A DNA stretch of 64,000 nt. It comes from Escherichia phage vB_EcoP-101114UKE3. A program made the translations under genes and the position numbers. Positions within the stretch are counted from its first letter, which is position 1. Every line of letters starts with the position of its first letter. Location of the stretch: the sequence record NC_070982.1; one strand, given 5' to 3'. This document shows positions 9,019 to 19,337 of this stretch, in pieces. A model generated the notes under the pieces. That model worked only from the letters and a program-made list of their open reading frames with translations, was not told the origin of the DNA and did not search any database.

Positions 9019-9771
9019 ATGGCGATGCCAGACGTTCAAAACCCAATTAATACCTACGGATGGCTTAAGAAGGCTGTGTCCCTCTGGGCTGACCGTGATG
9101 ACCCTGAATTTGTTAATCAAATTCCAAACTTTATTAACTTTGCAGAAAAGGAAATCTACCGTAATTTACGCATTCCTCCTCTGGAAAAAGAAGTCTATTT
9201 AGATATTAAAGATGGAGTAGCTTATATTCCTCCTGATTACTTAGAAGCTCAATGGATGATGAGAGCTAAAGATGGTACAATCTTCCAAGTAACATCTCCG
9301 GAAGAGATTAGCTATCGTAGACAGCATGGAACAATTAACCCATCTCATTGGAATAATCAACCTGTTAATTTTGCTCGTTTCGGTAGTCGTTTCATTTTCT
9401 ATCCTAGTATTGAAGCAGATACTCCGTACTACCCTGATGATGGAAGCCCTTTGATTCCAGCAGAAAACTCAGTGATTCTTAGCTATTATGCAGACCCACC
9501 GGAATTCCATGAAGATACAGATACTAGTACTATTCTTACTATAGCACCGGAACTTCTTCTGTACTTCACCCTACGTCATGCTTGTCTCTTTGTTCAAGAT
9601 GATAATGGTGTTCAGAAATGGTCAGCATTAGGAAAAGCTATCCTTGATGAAATGGTAGAACAGAATAAGAAACAAGAGTACTCAGGTTCACCTATCGCAA
9701 TTCCGAATAACATGACTCGACTTCAGAGCAGCTTGCCTGATATTTATGGTATTCGTACTTCTCGTGTATAA
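9019..9771 (+). CDS. Virion structural protein (250 aa), possibly head-tail adaptor or tail tubular
   Basis: RBS AGGAGG; position between capsid and tail fibre genes. Confidence 0.45.
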   Translation: MAMPDVQNPINTYGWLKKAVSLWADRDDPEFVNQIPNFINFAEKEIYRNLRIPPLEKEVYLDIKDGVAYIPPDYLEAQWMMRAKDGTIFQVTSPEEISYRRQHGTINPSHWNNQPVNFARFGSRFIFYPSIEADTPYYPDDGSPLIPAENSVILSYYADPPEFHEDTDTSTILTIAPELLLYFTLRHACLFVQDDNGVQKWSALGKAILDEMVEQNKKQEYSGSPIAIPNNMTRLQSSLPDIYGIRTSRV

Positions 9772-9780
9772 GGAGATAAT

Positions 9781-12423
9781 ATGATCGTTTATAATAACCA
9801 AGCACCTGATGCAGTGAATAACGTTGGGCAGTTTGGTGCTACTGAAGGCTCTATCGGAGCTTACAAGCAAGCAGCAGAGTATGCAGCTGACTCCAAATAT
9901 TGGGCACTGTTAGCGGAGTCTAAGTTTGGTACAATTGATGACTTGATCGCTGAAGTAGAGCGTCTGTATCAACAGGGTGTTCTGATGAAGCAGGATATCG
10001 AGGATCTTAAGCAGGATTTTAAAGATCAAGATGCTCGTCTGATGAGTTTGATTGCTCAAACTAACGCAGCGGTATCAGATGCGAATAATGCTGTAGCTCT
10101 AATTAATCAGAAACTTATTGAAGTCCAGAACCAGCTTGACGTTCTGTTAGGAATGTCCGTTGATGTAACCACACTTCCTCCGGGAACTCCGGCTACTGGT
10201 TCTTTTAATCCTAACACTGGTGTAGTCTCTCTAGGTATCCCAGAAGGCGAACCCGGAAAGGATGGTTCTGTTAAGGATTTAGACACAGCTCCTACTGGTG
10301 TTCCAGAGCTAGGTGACTTGGGTTTCTATGTTGATAAAGATGACAATACCGTCCATAAAACTACTCTAGAGAATATTGCTAACTTAATCCCATCTGTTCG
10401 TTCTGTTTCTGTTAATGGGGGACCAGCTCTTGATGGAGAGGTTGCTCTAACAATCAACAAAGAGACAGTAGGTTTAGGAAATGTTCTGAATGTTGCTCAG
10501 TACAGTCGTCAAGAGATTAATGACAAATTTGACAAGACTACCAAGACATACCAATCAAAAGCAGAGGCTGATGCTGATGCTCAGTATCGTCAAGTTGGAG
10601 AGAAAGTCTTAGTTTGGGAAGCTACTAAGTATGAATTCTACACTGTTGCTGCTAACAAAACACTAACTCCTGTTAAAACTGAAGGTAGAATCCTTACCGT
10701 TAACTCCCGTTCTCCAGATTCCAGTGGTAACATTGACATTACCATTCCAACAGGAAACCCTTCTCTGTATCTTGGTGAGATGGTGATGTTCCCTTACGAC
10801 CCATCTAAGAATATCTCCTACCCAGGAGTTCTTCCTGCTGATGGTCGTCTGGTATCAAAAGAATCTGCTTCAGATTTAGGCCCATCCCTTGTCAGCGGAC
10901 AGCTCCCTGTTGTTTCAGAAACTGAATGGCAATCGGGGGCTAAACAGTACTTCTCTTGGGGCAAGTTAGCAGACGGTATTACCGATGCGGATTCTACTAA
11001 TTTTATCAACATTCGACTCCCTGATTGGACTGGAGGGGAGGCAATAAGAGCACCAGATTCTGATAAAGACTCTCAGTACAATGGGTCTGTACAGGCTCAG
11101 AAACCTTATGTTGTTACTGTAAATAACCAAGCTCCTGATGAGATTACTGGTAATGTGAACATCTCCAGATCAATTTTAGGTGCTGCTTCTTCTGGAGCAA
11201 ACTCTGACATTACATCTTTATCTGGACTCACAACACCGCTATCCATCTCTCAAGGTGGTACTGGAGCTAAAGATGCTGCTGGTGCTCGTTCTAATTTAGG
11301 TCTAGGCTCAACAGCTACCCTCAATACAATACCTGTAGCCAATGGTGGCACAGGAGCAACTACTGTTGATGTTGCTCGTTCCAATTTATCCATAGACCGA
11401 ATAGATCAAGCCTCCGGGGAGAGTAAATTATTATCCCCTAACAAAGAAACCTACCTCTTTGTGGATAACAATGGGTGGGGCTGTTATAGTACCTCAGCTG
11501 GAAGGGTTGGTGATGTGGCTCTTTCTGTTGAAAGAGGCGGTACTGGAGCTAAAAATGCTGCTAGTGCCCGATCTAACTTGGGGTTGGGGAGTGTTTCCAC
11601 TCTAGATAACGTCCCTATCGCTAGTGGTGGGACAGGGGCTGGAGATGCTGCTGGTGCAAGGTTTAATCTTGGGTTAGGTAACTCAGCCACAATGAATACC
11701 GGAACTAACAGTGATAATGTTCTTAAGGTTGGTGATTTTGGAATTGGAAGACCTGACGGCGCTCTTGTTTTTGATACTACTTCACAAGACCAACTTCTTG
11801 CTGGACTTGACACTTATGGGCTGTGTGTGTTTAGGAATAACCAACAAATAGCAGCACCTTGGGACATATGGAACTACTCCTCAAACCTTTTCTTTAGGGC
11901 GGGTGACACATATAGTATGATAAGTATTCCGTTTGAGTCTGCCGGTAAGATAAAAGTTTTTGGTGGTGCATCAGGCAGTGGGTGGAAAACCTCAAGGACG
12001 GTATATGATACTGTAAATACAACTGTTGACGTCAATGGCTTTATCAAAGCAGCGTCACCAATAGTTAAGGTATTCCATGACGGAAGTTTTGAAACAAACG
12101 AACAATCTGATGGAGTTAGTGTTAAGAAAATCTCCACCGGGGTTTATTTAATTTCAGGGTGTCTTGGTCTTAATTCTGATGCAGGGTGGGGTGGGGTAGA
12201 TGGAGGTTTTGAAATCCCAATAGACCGAAACAAACAACCTAGAGTTTGGCTTGACTATGAGGTTAAAGAGGATGGTTCTCTTTTAATTAAAACTTATCAT
12301 AGAACCCATTCAACATCCCCAGCTTTTGCTAGAAACGAGTTGGAAGGTTTTTCTGACGGAGACCCTGTTGACATTCCTAAGGATGCGTTCATTTCGGTTC
12401 GTGTTGAAATGCCTTCTAAGTAA
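9781..12423 (+). CDS. Tail fibre protein with phage tail-fibre repeats (880 aa)
   Basis: Repeated GGTGA...ARSNLGLGS units and an N-terminal coiled-coil; RBS AAGGAG. Confidence 0.7.
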   Translation: MIVYNNQAPDAVNNVGQFGATEGSIGAYKQAAEYAADSKYWALLAESKFGTIDDLIAEVERLYQQGVLMKQDIEDLKQDFKDQDARLMSLIAQTNAAVSDANNAVALINQKLIEVQNQLDVLLGMSVDVTTLPPGTPATGSFNPNTGVVSLGIPEGEPGKDGSVKDLDTAPTGVPELGDLGFYVDKDDNTVHKTTLENIANLIPSVRSVSVNGGPALDGEVALTINKETVGLGNVLNVAQYSRQEINDKFDKTTKTYQSKAEADADAQYRQVGEKVLVWEATKYEFYTVAANKTLTPVKTEGRILTVNSRSPDSSGNIDITIPTGNPSLYLGEMVMFPYDPSKNISYPGVLPADGRLVSKESASDLGPSLVSGQLPVVSETEWQSGAKQYFSWGKLADGITDADSTNFINIRLPDWTGGEAIRAPDSDKDSQYNGSVQAQKPYVVTVNNQAPDEITGNVNISRSILGAASSGANSDITSLSGLTTPLSISQGGTGAKDAAGARSNLGLGSTATLNTIPVANGGTGATTVDVARSNLSIDRIDQASGESKLLSPNKETYLFVDNNGWGCYSTSAGRVGDVALSVERGGTGAKNAASARSNLGLGSVSTLDNVPIASGGTGAGDAAGARFNLGLGNSATMNTGTNSDNVLKVGDFGIGRPDGALVFDTTSQDQLLAGLDTYGLCVFRNNQQIAAPWDIWNYSSNLFFRAGDTYSMISIPFESAGKIKVFGGASGSGWKTSRTVYDTVNTTVDVNGFIKAASPIVKVFHDGSFETNEQSDGVSVKKISTGVYLISGCLGLNSDAGWGGVDGGFEIPIDRNKQPRVWLDYEVKEDGSLLIKTYHRTHSTSPAFARNELEGFSDGDPVDIPKDAFISVRVEMPSK

Positions 12424-12432
12424 ATTAACAAT

Positions 12433-12451
12433 GCTCCCTTCGGGGAGCTTT
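12433..12451 (+). terminator. Terminator-like hairpin with UUCG loop and short U tract
   Basis: GCTCCC-TTCG-GGGAGC followed by TTT. Confidence 0.3.
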
Positions 12452-12463
12452 AAGGAGATTTTA

Positions 12464-14611
12464 ATGTCTAGAGAACTAATGCCCAAATCTGGCATAATGA
12501 TGCCTCATGTAGTTGTAACCAGAGATGCGGCTGTTGTTGGCGTTTCTACTGTAGATGGGGCCGCTGGTGCTATCAACTTAACAGAAAAATACCTTCAGAA
12601 ATCTGACGCTGAAGCAACCTATCAAACGAAAGCAGAAGGGGCTACTAAGCAATATGTAACCGACGCTATCAACCCCATTATGACAAATGCTCTTTTTAAA
12701 GATGACCCCTTTGTTAATAATGACACACCTATTCGCTCTGGCGGTGGTAATGGTGTTGAATCGGTAGATATGATTAAAGTCACCCCTGAGAACACCATCA
12801 AACTAGGGAGCTATGCTTCTTCTGTTCAGGGGGTTGAGATTCATTCTGCTGGTCGTCTTCAGGTTGTTGATCAGAATGATAGTGGTGTAGAAACTAAATA
12901 CCCTGTGTATTCTAAGCGCTATCGTCCTGAGATTGAAGATTTACCTTTTGCTGCAATCGGTTCTTATGTTAAGGATTCAAAAGGTCGTACTGTTGGTGTA
13001 ACCCGTACCGGTATCAACTCTGATATCAAACAACTTACACAGAAAGTCACTTTTACTCAACCTGTAACCGTAGCCGATGCTGTAGGCGATTATGATGCAG
13101 TGACACTGAGACAGCTTCGTAACAGTGGTGGTGGTTCTGGAGGTCCTACCATGAGTGGTATCTCGAACTTTGGTATCGGTGATTTCCACTTACGCGATAG
13201 TCGTGCTTTTATCCCAGCTTTTGAAGTAGTGTCTGATGGTCAGCTTTTGAATCGTGCTGATTATCCAGATTTGTGGGCTTATGCTCAACTGCTATCTCCA
13301 ATCGAGGATTCTCTTTGGTTATCTAACATCTACCAGAGGGGTAAATACTCTACGGGTAACGGTACAACGACTTTCCGTGTTCCTGACCGAAATGGTATTC
13401 AAGAAGGGTCTCTGAAAGCTCTGTATGGTCGTGGTGATGGTGGAGCTTCGGCTGCTAATGGTCAAATATTTGATTCTGCTGCTCCTAACATTTATGGAGA
13501 TATTGGTGGTGTTGTTGCTTATGGCCAGACTGGAGCTATTCTACGAGGTCAAGAGGAACAACCTCTCGCCCCTCAACCTTCAACTGGAAATGGTGTCTTG
13601 AGAGTTAGTTTAGACGCCTCAAAAGCAAGTCCTGTATATGGTCGTTCCACCGATGAAATCCTAACCCGTAACTTTGTTGGTGTTTGGACTATTCGTGCTC
13701 ATGGTGGTTTTACTGCTGCTAATACTTCTTGGTCTGTTGTTAACAGTGACACAAATCGTCCTCCTAAAGGAACTAAAGCTTCTAGCGGTTCTGTTGTTGC
13801 TGAATATAAAATTGGTTCAGAAGTAGAGGCTTCTACTACGCTCCAAACTGATGCTTATATCGACGGAGCTTATTATGGGATTATCAATGTTTATAATAAA
13901 ACCAAAGGAGTTACCAAGCAATTAGCTTTTGACGATTCTGGAACCCTGAACTCTGATAGATATGTTGCTCGGTTTGGGACATTGATGTCTTGGAGTGAAA
14001 CAGGAAGTCGCAGAGGGACGTTTTCTACAGACAACCAAGGGATCGGTGCTAACTACTCTTTTAACTCTATACTGAGTGCTTCCCAAGCATCCCAAGGTGG
14101 ATACAAAACTACTACCCATGTAGGGATGATTCACAATGATGCTGGAACTTTTGCTGATTCTTGTTGGCACGTAGCTGGGGATGAAGATAACAAGTATGGT
14201 TGTCGTTTAACTCTTCGACCAAACAGAAATGAGATTTATTACTACACTTGGCAGCCAAGTTCAACCGGAACTTATACTCTTGCTATGAATCCTGTATCTG
14301 ATGAAAAGTTGAAACATAACATCCAAGATATCTCTCCTGATGAAGCAATTCGTGCGATAAAAGGTTTGGATTTCAAATCGTTTGTGTACAACAATGATAA
14401 TCAAGGAAGAACTCGTCGTGGTATCATTGCACAGCAGGCAGAGAAAGTTGAACCTCTTTATGTTAAAACTCGTAAATTCCATGACAACGATGGGGTAGAG
14501 CAGGAACAGAAAGAGTTGGATGCAACTCCAATGCTTTTAGATACCATGCAGGTTGTTCAAGATCTGCTGAAGCGTATTGAAGTTCTAGAAGCGAAGTTAG
14601 CAGAGAAGTGA
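12464..14611 (+). CDS. Tail fibre or tailspike with C-terminal intramolecular chaperone (peptidase S74-like) domain (715 aa)
   Basis: ATG at 12464 with AAGGAG RBS (the ORF-track start at 12326 overlaps the previous gene); C-terminal motif VSDEKLKHNI matches the SD-x-LK-x-NI autocleavage signature. Confidence 0.7.
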   Translation: MSRELMPKSGIMMPHVVVTRDAAVVGVSTVDGAAGAINLTEKYLQKSDAEATYQTKAEGATKQYVTDAINPIMTNALFKDDPFVNNDTPIRSGGGNGVESVDMIKVTPENTIKLGSYASSVQGVEIHSAGRLQVVDQNDSGVETKYPVYSKRYRPEIEDLPFAAIGSYVKDSKGRTVGVTRTGINSDIKQLTQKVTFTQPVTVADAVGDYDAVTLRQLRNSGGGSGGPTMSGISNFGIGDFHLRDSRAFIPAFEVVSDGQLLNRADYPDLWAYAQLLSPIEDSLWLSNIYQRGKYSTGNGTTTFRVPDRNGIQEGSLKALYGRGDGGASAANGQIFDSAAPNIYGDIGGVVAYGQTGAILRGQEEQPLAPQPSTGNGVLRVSLDASKASPVYGRSTDEILTRNFVGVWTIRAHGGFTAANTSWSVVNSDTNRPPKGTKASSGSVVAEYKIGSEVEASTTLQTDAYIDGAYYGIINVYNKTKGVTKQLAFDDSGTLNSDRYVARFGTLMSWSETGSRRGTFSTDNQGIGANYSFNSILSASQASQGGYKTTTHVGMIHNDAGTFADSCWHVAGDEDNKYGCRLTLRPNRNEIYYYTWQPSSTGTYTLAMNPVSDEKLKHNIQDISPDEAIRAIKGLDFKSFVYNNDNQGRTRRGIIAQQAEKVEPLYVKTRKFHDNDGVEQEQKELDATPMLLDTMQVVQDLLKRIEVLEAKLAEK

Positions 14612-14616
14612 GATAA

Positions 14617-14636
14617 GCCCCTTCGGGGGCTTTTAG
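14617..14636 (+). terminator. Rho-independent terminator with UUCG loop
   Basis: GCCCC-TTCG-GGGGC followed by TTTT. Confidence 0.5.
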
Positions 14637-14700
14637 GAGTGAAACTGGTGAATAAGTAATGAAACTACTATATCCAAAAGGAAAATGAAAGGAGAAGAAA

Positions 14701-14919
14701 ATGAAAATGATGAAACAGGTAACTTATGGTCTAGCTTGCTTAGGGACAGGTTTTGTGATTTCCACAGCAGTACCTGTAAATGCAGTAGGCTCTCATTCTA
14801 TTATAGAAGCTCCTGTAGAGAAGCTTAGTTCTCAATGTAAACAAAGGACCATTCAAAATAATTTGGTTGTTATTTGCCCAGACGCTCAATCTTCAGCTCT
14901 GAGAAAAATTCTTCCTTAA
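14701..14919 (+). CDS. Small protein with N-terminal signal peptide or membrane anchor (72 aa); holin-like candidate
   Basis: Hydrophobic N-terminus ending VNA; RBS AAAGGAGAAG; sits directly upstream of the lysozyme. Confidence 0.4.
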   Translation: MKMMKQVTYGLACLGTGFVISTAVPVNAVGSHSIIEAPVEKLSSQCKQRTIQNNLVVICPDAQSSALRKILP

Positions 14920-14952
14920 TTGACCTAAAATAACAACAAAAGGAGGTCAAAG

Positions 14953-15444
14953 ATGGACGCTATCGCATTGCCGCCTATACAGATGAGCCTAAGTCCGGCT
15001 GGTATGGAGTTTATCATGAAGCATGAAGGCATGAGAACTAAAGCCTATAAAGACTCCGCTGGAATCTGGACTATATGTGTAGGGGCTACGCGCGATATGA
15101 ATGGGTATCCAGTAAGACAAGGATTAACGTATTCTATAGAGGATTGTCTAGCTCTGCTAGATAGAGACACACAAGACTCTGTTCGTGCTACTCAGAAAAA
15201 CATAAGAGTTCCTATGCTAGCTCATGAATTTGATGCTGTCACTTCTTTCAACTTTAATGTTGGTGGTGGTGCTTTGTCAGCTTCAAAACTTAGGAAAGTG
15301 ATCAACGGAGATGTGAAGGGTGATGTTTACTCAGAGTTCTTACGTTGGGATAAGATAACTGTTAAAGGTGTAAAGCAGCGGAGTCCGGGACTTCACAATC
15401 GCAGGGTTGCAGAAGCAAATCTATACACTACAGGAAAATATTAA
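14953..15444 (+). CDS. Lysozyme (GH24-like) (163 aa)
   Basis: Motifs KHEG, YKDSAG and WTICVG match the Glu/Asp/Thr catalytic pattern of T4-type lysozymes; RBS AAGGAGG. Confidence 0.75.
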   Translation: MDAIALPPIQMSLSPAGMEFIMKHEGMRTKAYKDSAGIWTICVGATRDMNGYPVRQGLTYSIEDCLALLDRDTQDSVRATQKNIRVPMLAHEFDAVTSFNFNVGGGALSASKLRKVINGDVKGDVYSEFLRWDKITVKGVKQRSPGLHNRRVAEANLYTTGKY

Positions 15445-15456
15445 TGGAGGTGCCTT

Positions 15457-16260
15457 TTGGCTATCGAAACAACTGCGGTAGTTACTACCGATTTAAACCC
15501 CCTATACCCACGGGACAGGGATTATCTTTATGAAGGGGCTGCCCAGATACGACTGGTCAAACAAGTATTAATTAACACCTTTCCTAACATCACAGAGCCA
15601 GTTCAACTTGACTCAGATTCTTTCAACATCTTAGCAAACAAGGTTTCCTTTACTGGAGATTCTATGGATGTTGGAGGTTTGATGATCAAAAACTTAACTC
15701 CGGGAACTGGTGATAAAGATGCTGTAACCAAAGGTCAGATGGAAGCTTTCATGTTAAACTGGATGCAGAATAAACTCTATCGTATTGGGGCTTACTATAT
15801 CACTGAAGAAGATATCAACCCCGGAGATTCTAGCTCTCTTGGTTTTGGTTCTTGGGCTAAAGTAACTGGTGTTGTTATGGGTACTGGTGTTGTTAACCCT
15901 GATGGCTCTGTTCCTAATGCTCAGCGTGTAGAGTTCCAAGCAGGTGGTACTGGTGGTCGTGTATTTAACACAATTCGTGCTGACAACATGCCTCTGACTA
16001 CAATCAATGGTTCTAGTTTTCAAGTTAGTTCTTATTCTCACTCACATAATATCACAATGGGTCGTGGAGATGCTAGTGGTCACAACAGCAGTCCTAATTG
16101 GTATAGTCCGGGTGGTGGTTATACTCAGGTAACTGACACTAACACCCACTCTCACTCAATTACAGGTTCTGTTAGTTTTGGACGTGATGATGTATCGAGA
16201 CAACCCATCAACACTTTGCCGCCTTTCAGAGCAGCGCATATCTGGAGACGTATTAGCTAA
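15457..16260 (+). CDS. Tail fibre or receptor-binding protein with His-x-His motifs (267 aa); apparent TTG start
   Basis: SHSHN and THSHS motifs, G/S/T-rich; TTG at 15457 preceded by GGAGG 6 nt upstream; no in-frame ATG near the 5' end. Confidence 0.45.
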   Translation: MAIETTAVVTTDLNPLYPRDRDYLYEGAAQIRLVKQVLINTFPNITEPVQLDSDSFNILANKVSFTGDSMDVGGLMIKNLTPGTGDKDAVTKGQMEAFMLNWMQNKLYRIGAYYITEEDINPGDSSSLGFGSWAKVTGVVMGTGVVNPDGSVPNAQRVEFQAGGTGGRVFNTIRADNMPLTTINGSSFQVSSYSHSHNITMGRGDASGHNSSPNWYSPGGGYTQVTDTNTHSHSITGSVSFGRDDVSRQPINTLPPFRAAHIWRRIS

Positions 16261-16269
16261 GGAGGAACT

Positions 16270-19200
16270 ATGGCGCTTTATCCAATAAAATCTTTAGGGG
16301 CTGTAGGGGTTATTGCTGACCAAGCTCCGACTGATTTAGCACCTAATGCTTTCACTAATGCTATCAATGCCCGCTTTGTAGAGCAAAGAGTTTTTAAGAC
16401 GGGGGGCAATGCCCCTCTTTCTTATGTAGAAGAAGATAAAGAGATTACACCACTTTCTTTTATATCAATGCCTTTTGACTACTATAGTGCAGGTAATAGC
16501 TTTCTGATTGTTGGTACAGACAAAAAGCTATACAAGCTAACAGATGAAAGTTTGACAGATATTAGCCGAAAGGTTGCTACTGTCACAAAAAGAGCTTCCG
16601 CTTCTATTAAGATATATCCGGTTGTTTCTCAGATTGTTCCTAAAGAAACTTCTATTTCAATGAATTTCAATCAAACTAAAACCTTGGAAGTTTCTATTCT
16701 TCCTGAAGATGCTAATAACACAGCTTTAGTTTGGGAGGTTAGTAATTCTTCTTATGGTAAAGTAGAAGCTGACACCGAGAACCCTAAAACTGCAACCTTG
16801 ACGTCTTATGAAAAAGAAGGGAATTTAGTAGTTACTGTATCAACAGCTGATAAATCTATTAGTGCTCAGATTGCAGTAAACATCATAGATGGTGATTCTG
16901 GTATCTTCTTAAGTCAGGATACAATAACTGTCCGCAAAGGTGGTAACACAACACTAACTGCTGTTACTGGAAAAACTCCTGTAACTTGGGTCTCTAGTAA
17001 TGCTTCTGTTGTGTCTGTAACACCTAATGCTAATACACTGACAGCTACTTTGTCTGCTAATGGTGAGGGTACTGTAACAATAACTGCTGATAACGGAACT
17101 AAGAGTGCTTCTTGTCAAATTACTGTTATACCTCAGATAGACAGTATCACTCTGAGTCAGACAAGCGTTCAAATGAGCAGGGGTACTCAGTATGTTTTAA
17201 CTGCTACGGTTAATCCTTCAGATGCTCCCAATAAAAGCATAACTTGGACTTCCTCTAATCCTGCCATTGCCACAGTTTCTGGAAATAGTACAGAAGCGGT
17301 AATAACAGGGTTACTAGCTGGGTTTACTGAAATCACAGCTGTTACTCAAGAGGGTGATAGATCAGCAACCTGTACAGTGAGAGTTGATTTAGCTGGGAGA
17401 ATGATGCGAACTTCTGCAATGGCTTTATCAGAACCTGTTGTAGATTCTATACAAGAAGAAGAAACCAATAATACTCCTATCGAATCAGAAGAGGTTTTAT
17501 ATTTTGTTAATGAGCCATCTGGAGTTGATACCTCAGGGATGTATGAAGGTAACAACTTCTATGATTACTCAAACGTCAATGATATGGAAGGTTTTGCACG
17601 AGCTGCACTTATGTCCAGCGATACTCCGTTGCAATCTTTATCACTAGATATCATCGATGCCTCTCTTGATGTTGGGGAAGATATTGTAATTACAGCCAAT
17701 GCTTTGCCTGAGGGAGAGTATTTCTATCAGTGGACAGTGGACAAAGCAGGATATGTTTCAACCACATCTACTACCGGGAAATCTCTAAAACTGACAGCTA
17801 TTCGTAAAGGTGAGATCAAAGTTACTTGTACTGCTAGTCAAATGACTCAGAAAGATTATGATGCTTTTGACGACTATCCTTGGTATCACACCATAATCTC
17901 TAACTGTGCAGTGGCTACCACTCACTATGAAACACCACAGGTCAAAGAATTTGAATCTGAGTATTTCGTAGATCTTCCGGGATGGGGTGAGCAAACAGTC
18001 GTTGATAATGATGGCAACCCTTCTGTTAAGAAATTTAACTGGAAGTGTGAGCGTATTCGTGCATTCAACAACAGACTTTTTGCTCTGAATATGAGGGAAT
18101 CTAATGCATCTGGTGTAACTACTCACTACCCTCTAAGACTTCGGTGGTCGAATTTCGCTAACGAAAACAAAGCTCCATCTCTTTGGGATGATTATGCTTA
18201 TGATCGTTTAACAACTTCAGACCTATCAGCAAACATTGTTGGTCAAACTGAGGCTTTGGAAAATGGGTACGCTGGGTATATAGATTTAGCAGATTCTAAC
18301 GGAAGCTTGATTGATGTACTTCCTCTGAAAGATTACCTTTTTGTTTACACGGAGTTCGAAACCTACATTGGTTCTCCAACCAATAACACATATCAGCCTC
18401 TTATGTTTAAGAAGCTGTTTAATGACTCTGGCATACTTGCTCCTGAGTGTGCAGTTGAAGTCGAAGGTGGACACTTCGTAGTAACTCAAAATGATGTGAT
18501 CTTACACAATGGTGCATCTAAAAAATCTATAGCATCTAACCGAGTCAAGAATCTTCTCATTAATGAGATCTGTCTAGTAAACCCTCTAGCTACTAGAGTT
18601 CACCTACACCAAGACAAGAAAGAGGTTTGGGTTTTATATGTAGGTCCGGGAGAGCCTAAAGAGAGTTTTGCTTGTAATAAAGCCGCTGTTTGGAATTATG
18701 AGTTTGACACTTGGTCTTTCCGTACAATACCATATGCTCAGTGTATTGGGTTAGTCGATCCACCAGTTCTTGAGAGAGGTCCAATCTGGGCAGATTTTCA
18801 AGAGATCACTTGGGATGATCCCTCTATTAACCAATTAGTCTGGAGAAAGGATGCTAATAACTTCCGTCAAAGGATTACAATAGTTGGCTCTTTCCTGAAA
18901 GGATTCTATCAAGTGGATGTTGGTGCTCTGGATTACATCTATGATAGAACCAACGATAGGATTATAGAAAAACCTTTAGAAATGAGGCTAGAAAGAACTG
19001 GTATTGATTTTGATAGTGTCACTAACGAGTGGAATCAAAAACATATTAATAGATTTAGACCTCAAGTCACTGGTACGGGTACCTATACTTTTGAAGTCGG
19101 TGGAAGTCAATTCTCAAACGAGTATGGACATAATCACTCAACTAAAGAGTTTAGGGTAGGCTCAGATCGTCATGTATCCGTGAGACTGAACCATCCATAC

Positions 19201-19290
19201 CTATTCTATAATGTTATAGATAATGATGTTAACAGTAATGCTTCTATGAATGGTTTAACTATAGAGTTTAGTGTTGGCGGTCGAAGATAA
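16270..19290 (+). CDS. Large virion or tail protein with multiple Ig-like (BIG2-like) domains (1006 aa)
   Basis: Several repeats of the VTW-SSN-x-VATV...TAT type; RBS AAGGAGG. Confidence 0.6.
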   Translation: MALYPIKSLGAVGVIADQAPTDLAPNAFTNAINARFVEQRVFKTGGNAPLSYVEEDKEITPLSFISMPFDYYSAGNSFLIVGTDKKLYKLTDESLTDISRKVATVTKRASASIKIYPVVSQIVPKETSISMNFNQTKTLEVSILPEDANNTALVWEVSNSSYGKVEADTENPKTATLTSYEKEGNLVVTVSTADKSISAQIAVNIIDGDSGIFLSQDTITVRKGGNTTLTAVTGKTPVTWVSSNASVVSVTPNANTLTATLSANGEGTVTITADNGTKSASCQITVIPQIDSITLSQTSVQMSRGTQYVLTATVNPSDAPNKSITWTSSNPAIATVSGNSTEAVITGLLAGFTEITAVTQEGDRSATCTVRVDLAGRMMRTSAMALSEPVVDSIQEEETNNTPIESEEVLYFVNEPSGVDTSGMYEGNNFYDYSNVNDMEGFARAALMSSDTPLQSLSLDIIDASLDVGEDIVITANALPEGEYFYQWTVDKAGYVSTTSTTGKSLKLTAIRKGEIKVTCTASQMTQKDYDAFDDYPWYHTIISNCAVATTHYETPQVKEFESEYFVDLPGWGEQTVVDNDGNPSVKKFNWKCERIRAFNNRLFALNMRESNASGVTTHYPLRLRWSNFANENKAPSLWDDYAYDRLTTSDLSANIVGQTEALENGYAGYIDLADSNGSLIDVLPLKDYLFVYTEFETYIGSPTNNTYQPLMFKKLFNDSGILAPECAVEVEGGHFVVTQNDVILHNGASKKSIASNRVKNLLINEICLVNPLATRVHLHQDKKEVWVLYVGPGEPKESFACNKAAVWNYEFDTWSFRTIPYAQCIGLVDPPVLERGPIWADFQEITWDDPSINQLVWRKDANNFRQRITIVGSFLKGFYQVDVGALDYIYDRTNDRIIEKPLEMRLERTGIDFDSVTNEWNQKHINRFRPQVTGTGTYTFEVGGSQFSNEYGHNHSTKEFRVGSDRHVSVRLNHPYLFYNVIDNDVNSNASMNGLTIEFSVGGRR

Positions 19291-19296
19291 CAAATA

Positions 19297-19322
19297 GGGG
19301 CTTCGGCCCCTTTTATTGTTTT
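19297..19322 (+). terminator. Rho-independent terminator with UUCG loop
   Basis: GGGGC-TTCG-GCCCC followed by TTTTATTGTTTTT. Confidence 0.55.
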
Positions 19323-19337
19323 TAATTGGAGGTACTT

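Noticed and set aside
12326-12463. Upstream extension of the second tail-fibre ORF in the ORF track
   Set aside because: It overlaps the 3' end of the preceding fibre gene and a hairpin; the ATG at 12464 has a canonical AAGGAG RBS.
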